Part shown: positions 60,315 to 64,000 of the stretch, piece after piece
Layout of the letters: each line of letters opens with the position of its first letter
How positions within the stretch are numbered: position 1 is the first letter of the stretch
From: Candidatus Bathyarchaeota archaeon
GTDB taxonomy: Archaea > Thermoproteota > Bathyarchaeia > Bathyarchaeales > Bathycorpusculaceae
Assembly: GCA_963828195.1 (NCBI GenBank)
Contig: CAWHDT010000001.1
Location: 160,001-224,000 of the forward strand
Direction: 5' to 3'
Length of the DNA: 64,000 bases
Program-made: the position numbers and the translations under genes
The notes under the pieces: generated by a model
Seen by the model: only the letters and a program-made list of their open reading frames with translations
The model's database searches: none
What the model was told of the DNA's origin: nothing

Positions 60315-60644
60315 ATGACGATTTGGTTTTACGTTAAAACATCCGATGATTCAAAGGTTGTTGGGGATATTGTTTGCAGTTTTAACTTTACTCAGGGCAA
60401 GCATCCTGAAGATCAGTACTCTTGGATTATGCAGGTTGGGCGAGATGAGCCTGGCTATTGGGAAATCAGAGGCAAATACGCCGCCTTAAAGGACTTGACG
60501 GAAATAGGTATCGTTTACCGAATAGGCGACACTGTCGTTTTGGCAGAAATAGATGATGATTTAGCCCCGGACTTCCTTGACCCGTTAATTACGAAGTACG
60601 GGTTTGATAACGTCAAGTGGATTGTAGTTCCCAAAGTAAAATAG
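60315..60644 (+). CDS. Hypothetical protein
   Basis: SD GGTGA before ATG 60315; clean 109-aa ORF. Confidence 0.75.
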   Translation: MTIWFYVKTSDDSKVVGDIVCSFNFTQGKHPEDQYSWIMQVGRDEPGYWEIRGKYAALKDLTEIGIVYRIGDTVVLAEIDDDLAPDFLDPLITKYGFDNVKWIVVPKVK

Positions 60645-60887
60645 TATTAAGGCTCCTACTTTTCTGTAAATGAAATTTTCCTCTTTTACTGCGAAATGTG
60701 GTAAATAGCTCGGGGGGTCGGTTTTGTGCAGGCTTGTTTTTGGATTGCTTTTTTTGGTTTAGGGTTTGAATCTTTTGCAGGTTAGGGTGCTAAAAGATAT
60801 GAAAAGGTCCGCTTCATGCAGATTTGCCATTAGACATTTCTTGGCGCTCACATTTCTAAGTTTTAAAACATAAGATGGAGGCATCGT

Positions 60888-61382
60888 TTATTGCTTGTCG
60901 TATTTCTCGAATTCATCATTCATGATTACTAGCCCGATGCCTGCTTGCTTGAACATCTCAATGCTGTCAGCATCTGCATGATAACGTTTTTCGCAGACAA
61001 CCTTTTTGATGCCCGCGTTAATTATCATCATCGCGCAGGTTCGACAGGGCGTCATTTTGCAGAAAAGCGTGGCTCCCTCAAGAGGTATCCCAAACCTCGC
61101 GGCTTGAATAATGGCGTTTTGTTCAGCATGAAGAGTGCGTACGCAATGCTGGGTTACGTTGCCGTTGCTGTCAAACACTTTGCGGAAGTCGTGCCCAACC
61201 TCATCGCAGTGGGACAAACCCGCAGGAGCGCCGACATACCCAGTGGTCATAATCCTTTTGTCCTTAACGATTACGCAACCGCTTCTGCCACGGTCACAGG
61301 TAGCACGCTTAGCCACAGCTTCGCACAAATCCAAGAAGTATCTATCCCAATCAGGCCTCGAATAATCAACCAACAGCTTCAT
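60888..61382 (-). CDS. dCMP deaminase (ComEB family)
   Basis: RPDWDRYF, RATC, HAEQNA, PCRTC. Confidence 0.94.
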   Translation of the reverse strand: MKLLVDYSRPDWDRYFLDLCEAVAKRATCDRGRSGCVIVKDKRIMTTGYVGAPAGLSHCDEVGHDFRKVFDSNGNVTQHCVRTLHAEQNAIIQAARFGIPLEGATLFCKMTPCRTCAMMIINAGIKKVVCEKRYHADADSIEMFKQAGIGLVIMNDEFEKYDKQ

Positions 61383-61441
61383 GCCTCAACCCGATTAGTT
61401 CCTTAAAACAAATTAATAATCGTATCTGAAAATTAAACGGC

Positions 61442-62740
61442 TTATTTTTGGTAAATGTGAATTTCCCTACAAATCTTATGCCGCTCATCAACCTCAACTA
61501 GAGACGGTGCCTCGATCAGCTCTTCAAGACGTCCAGCATCTTCAGAAAACATGTCTTTGGTGAAAGGCTGAATTCTTCTAAAGCCTAAATCTTCAAGTTT
61601 CTCACCGATAGGCATAGTTACTGATTGTCCCGAACGCGTTATGATGTAAGGTGTCACAAGGACCAACCGTCCGCCTTTTTGCAGCACTCTGTATGCTTCT
61701 TGAACGAAAGTAAAGTAGAGGGGCTCAAGCTTCTGGATAATCTTTAGTGCGTATGGTCCCGTAGGCACTTGACGTAAAGCTGGACCCAAATCAGGCTCAG
61801 TGACGATGCAATCTACTGTTTCTTGCCCAATTTTCTCAGTCAACCTTTCGATATTTCCCTGAACAACCCTGAACTCCGCATCCTCAAGACTATATTCTCT
61901 TCTGATCCACTCAAGATTTTCATGGGCAGCTTTAACACACCAAGGATTAACATCTAACCCAACAACCTTTGCCCTCTCAAGGAGTGCTTCCTGAAGAATT
62001 GTGCCAACGCCGCAGAACGGGTCAAGCAGAACTTTTCTCGGCTTACAAGCGCATAAGTTAACCATTATTCTGGCTAACCTTGGCGGTATGGCAAAAATTT
62101 TGCGTTGATTAGGCTTGTAGATGTCTCTTTTTTGAAATTCAAACGGATTGTGCACGGCAACAGTGGTTGCAACCCAAGTCTCTTCCCTGCCAATGCACAA
62201 CAACACTTCCGATTTATTTTCTACCAAATTCTTCTTTAAAACTTCAACATGGCTAAGCTGAGCGAATCTTCTATCTTTTGAAAAACCCATAAACTTGGAT
62301 TTTTTGCCATACCCAGCTAACTCATCTTTCACTGAGCTTCCGACGAACCGCTGAACTGCCCCAGATAATGGACGTAACGTTTTTTCGGTGCAGTAGACGC
62401 TTACCCCGAAAAGCACTTTTTCGGCAGACTTTGCCATCTCGTCAACTATACCGCTTGATGATAACGATGCAGCTATTTGCGATTGGGCTTTCTTGTTTCT
62501 TTCAAGAAACGCTTCTTTAACTGTTAGAGTGGGAAACTTTGCTTTGGCTTCGCCTATTTTTATAGTTCCTCCTAAGTCCTCGATGGCAAAAGTGCCCACG
62601 CTTTCTTCAACGTTGACTGCAAAGAATTCTTTGGAAAAAAATTGTACTTCAAATTTGATTTCTCTATCTTTCAAGTAGGAGGTAATCTCCGCTAACGAAA
62701 GCCTCCAGTTTTTCCCTGAAATAAACAGCTGTATTGTCAT
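61442..62740 (-). CDS. Trm11/Trm14-like RNA methyltransferase
   Basis: LGGTIKI, IPPRLARIMVNL, LDPFCGVGTI, VTEPDLG. Confidence 0.88.
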   Translation of the reverse strand: MTIQLFISGKNWRLSLAEITSYLKDREIKFEVQFFSKEFFAVNVEESVGTFAIEDLGGTIKIGEAKAKFPTLTVKEAFLERNKKAQSQIAASLSSSGIVDEMAKSAEKVLFGVSVYCTEKTLRPLSGAVQRFVGSSVKDELAGYGKKSKFMGFSKDRRFAQLSHVEVLKKNLVENKSEVLLCIGREETWVATTVAVHNPFEFQKRDIYKPNQRKIFAIPPRLARIMVNLCACKPRKVLLDPFCGVGTILQEALLERAKVVGLDVNPWCVKAAHENLEWIRREYSLEDAEFRVVQGNIERLTEKIGQETVDCIVTEPDLGPALRQVPTGPYALKIIQKLEPLYFTFVQEAYRVLQKGGRLVLVTPYIITRSGQSVTMPIGEKLEDLGFRRIQPFTKDMFSEDAGRLEELIEAPSLVEVDERHKICREIHIYQK

Positions 62741-62907
62741 CTGGAAAAGAAAAGATAACCTGAGTATATAAGAAATAACGCCGCTGTTCAATTGAACAAA
62801 TGGTTAAAGTGGATAATTAGGAATTAAAAAATTGACGCGAAGGTTTACCGTGAAGTTGCAAATCGTTTAAATACCGCTGAATGAGTATGCTAAAAAGGGA
62901 CGTTTGT

Positions 62908-63471
62908 ATGCACGCACGAAATTATAGGCACGTTAAAAATCGGGCCTACACAAGAAAAGAGTACGCTAGAGGTTTTCCGCCCCCAAAAATAGTGAAGTTC
63001 ACTATGGGCGATACGAAAGGCACTTTTGATTGGGAAGCAAAATTAATAGCTTTGGAACGGGCTCAAATACGTCACAGCGCCTTAGAAGCAGCACGTGTAG
63101 CTACAAACCGCGTCTTGATTGATAAACTCATCAATGATTATCTTATGGTTGTTCATCCGTATCCTCACATTATCCTGAGAGAAAACAAGATGATTTTCGG
63201 TGCACACGCCGACCGACTTCAACAGGGAATGAGACGCTCCTTCGGAACAGCTATAGGCACTGCCGCAAAGGTAGAAGTGGGACAACCCATAATAACAGTC
63301 AAAGTAAAAGCTTCGGCTGCTGAAACGGCTAAAGAATCGCTCAAACGGGGAAGCGCAAAGCTTCCTATACCTTGCAGAATAGTAATCTCCAAAATCGAAG
63401 CTCCTCAAGAAGTAGAATTGCCTGATGAAGCTGAGGCGGCCGAACCGGAGACGGAGTCCCTTGAGAGTTAA
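62908..63471 (+). CDS. rpl10e: Ribosomal protein L10e (uL16)
   Basis: QIRHSALEAARV, PHIILRENK, ADRLQQGMRRSFG. Confidence 0.96.
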   Translation: MHARNYRHVKNRAYTRKEYARGFPPPKIVKFTMGDTKGTFDWEAKLIALERAQIRHSALEAARVATNRVLIDKLINDYLMVVHPYPHIILRENKMIFGAHADRLQQGMRRSFGTAIGTAAKVEVGQPIITVKVKASAAETAKESLKRGSAKLPIPCRIVISKIEAPQEVELPDEAEAAEPETESLES

Positions 63472-64000
63472 AGAGCAAGAACTGGTTTTATGGTTTGATG
63501 ATGTAAGAAAAGAAGATATTCCTGTTGTTGGCGGCAAAAACTCCAGCCTAGGCGAAATGATTAATGCCGGTTTGCCTGTTCCTCCAGGTTTTGCGGTAAC
63601 TGCGTATTCTTATGAAAGATATATTCAAGAAAAGCGAATAGCTGAGCAAATTTACAAAATTATAAAGGATACCGTTACCGACCTCAACGATCCAAAACAG
63701 TACGATGTTGCATCCAAGCTAATACGTGAACTTATGGAAAAGACACCGATGCCTAAAGACATTGAAACCGCCATAAGAACAGCCTACAAAGAGCTGAACC
63801 AACGGTTGGAGTTAAAGGATGTTTTCGTTGCGGTACGATCAAGCGCCACTGCCGAAGACTTGCCCGATGCATCCTTTGCGGGGCAACAGGAAACCTACCT
63901 AAACGTGAGAGGTCCTGATGATCTTATCCTTAAAGTGATAAAATGCTGGTCAAGCCTCTTTACACCCAGGGCAATCTTTTACCGAAACGAAAAAGGTTTT
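63461..64000 (+). CDS. ppsA: Phosphoenolpyruvate synthase, 5' part (runs off the window)
   Basis: VGGKNSSLGEM, PVPPGFAVT, VAVRSSATAEDLPDASFAGQQETYLN. Confidence 0.95.
   Translation, partial: MRVKEQELVLWFDDVRKEDIPVVGGKNSSLGEMINAGLPVPPGFAVTAYSYERYIQEKRIAEQIYKIIKDTVTDLNDPKQYDVASKLIRELMEKTPMPKDIETAIRTAYKELNQRLELKDVFVAVRSSATAEDLPDASFAGQQETYLNVRGPDDLILKVIKCWSSLFTPRAIFYRNEKGF

Noticed and set aside
13000-64000. Numerous short antisense or alternate-frame ORFs in the track
   Set aside because: They lie within well-supported genes and show no independent motifs, so they are treated as shadow ORFs

Overview
Archaeal chromosome segment, most consistent with Bathyarchaeia/TACK (PolD DP1 and DP2, Cdc6/Orc1, Elf1, GGGP synthase, aIF5A, SRP54-Pus10-L21e-RpoF cluster, frequent TTG starts). 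Bases 1-13,000 are an accessory region: surface proteins, regulators, two toxin-antitoxin pairs and a disrupted propeller/Ig/vWA gene. Several of these gene blocks are separated by degenerate copies of a tRNA(Ser)-like 3' end, often preceded by a short palindrome, giving a cassette-array layout with no integrase in the window. Bases 13,000-64,000 are mostly core genes and include a probable replication origin (ORB elements plus an AT-rich tract next to cdc6). Beside the origin are three HTH-type genes. One encodes a predicted membrane-anchored coiled-coil winged-helix protein, and the genes are interleaved with dense non-coding GTGA(T/C) and GTGAA repeat clusters, a candidate origin-tethering or segregation system. 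The window also has an aconitase-IDH-ATP citrate lyase operon, a radical SAM fusion protein, a candidate box C/D sRNA and several small ORFs missing from the ORF track. All calls come from reading the sequence by eye; no database searches were run.
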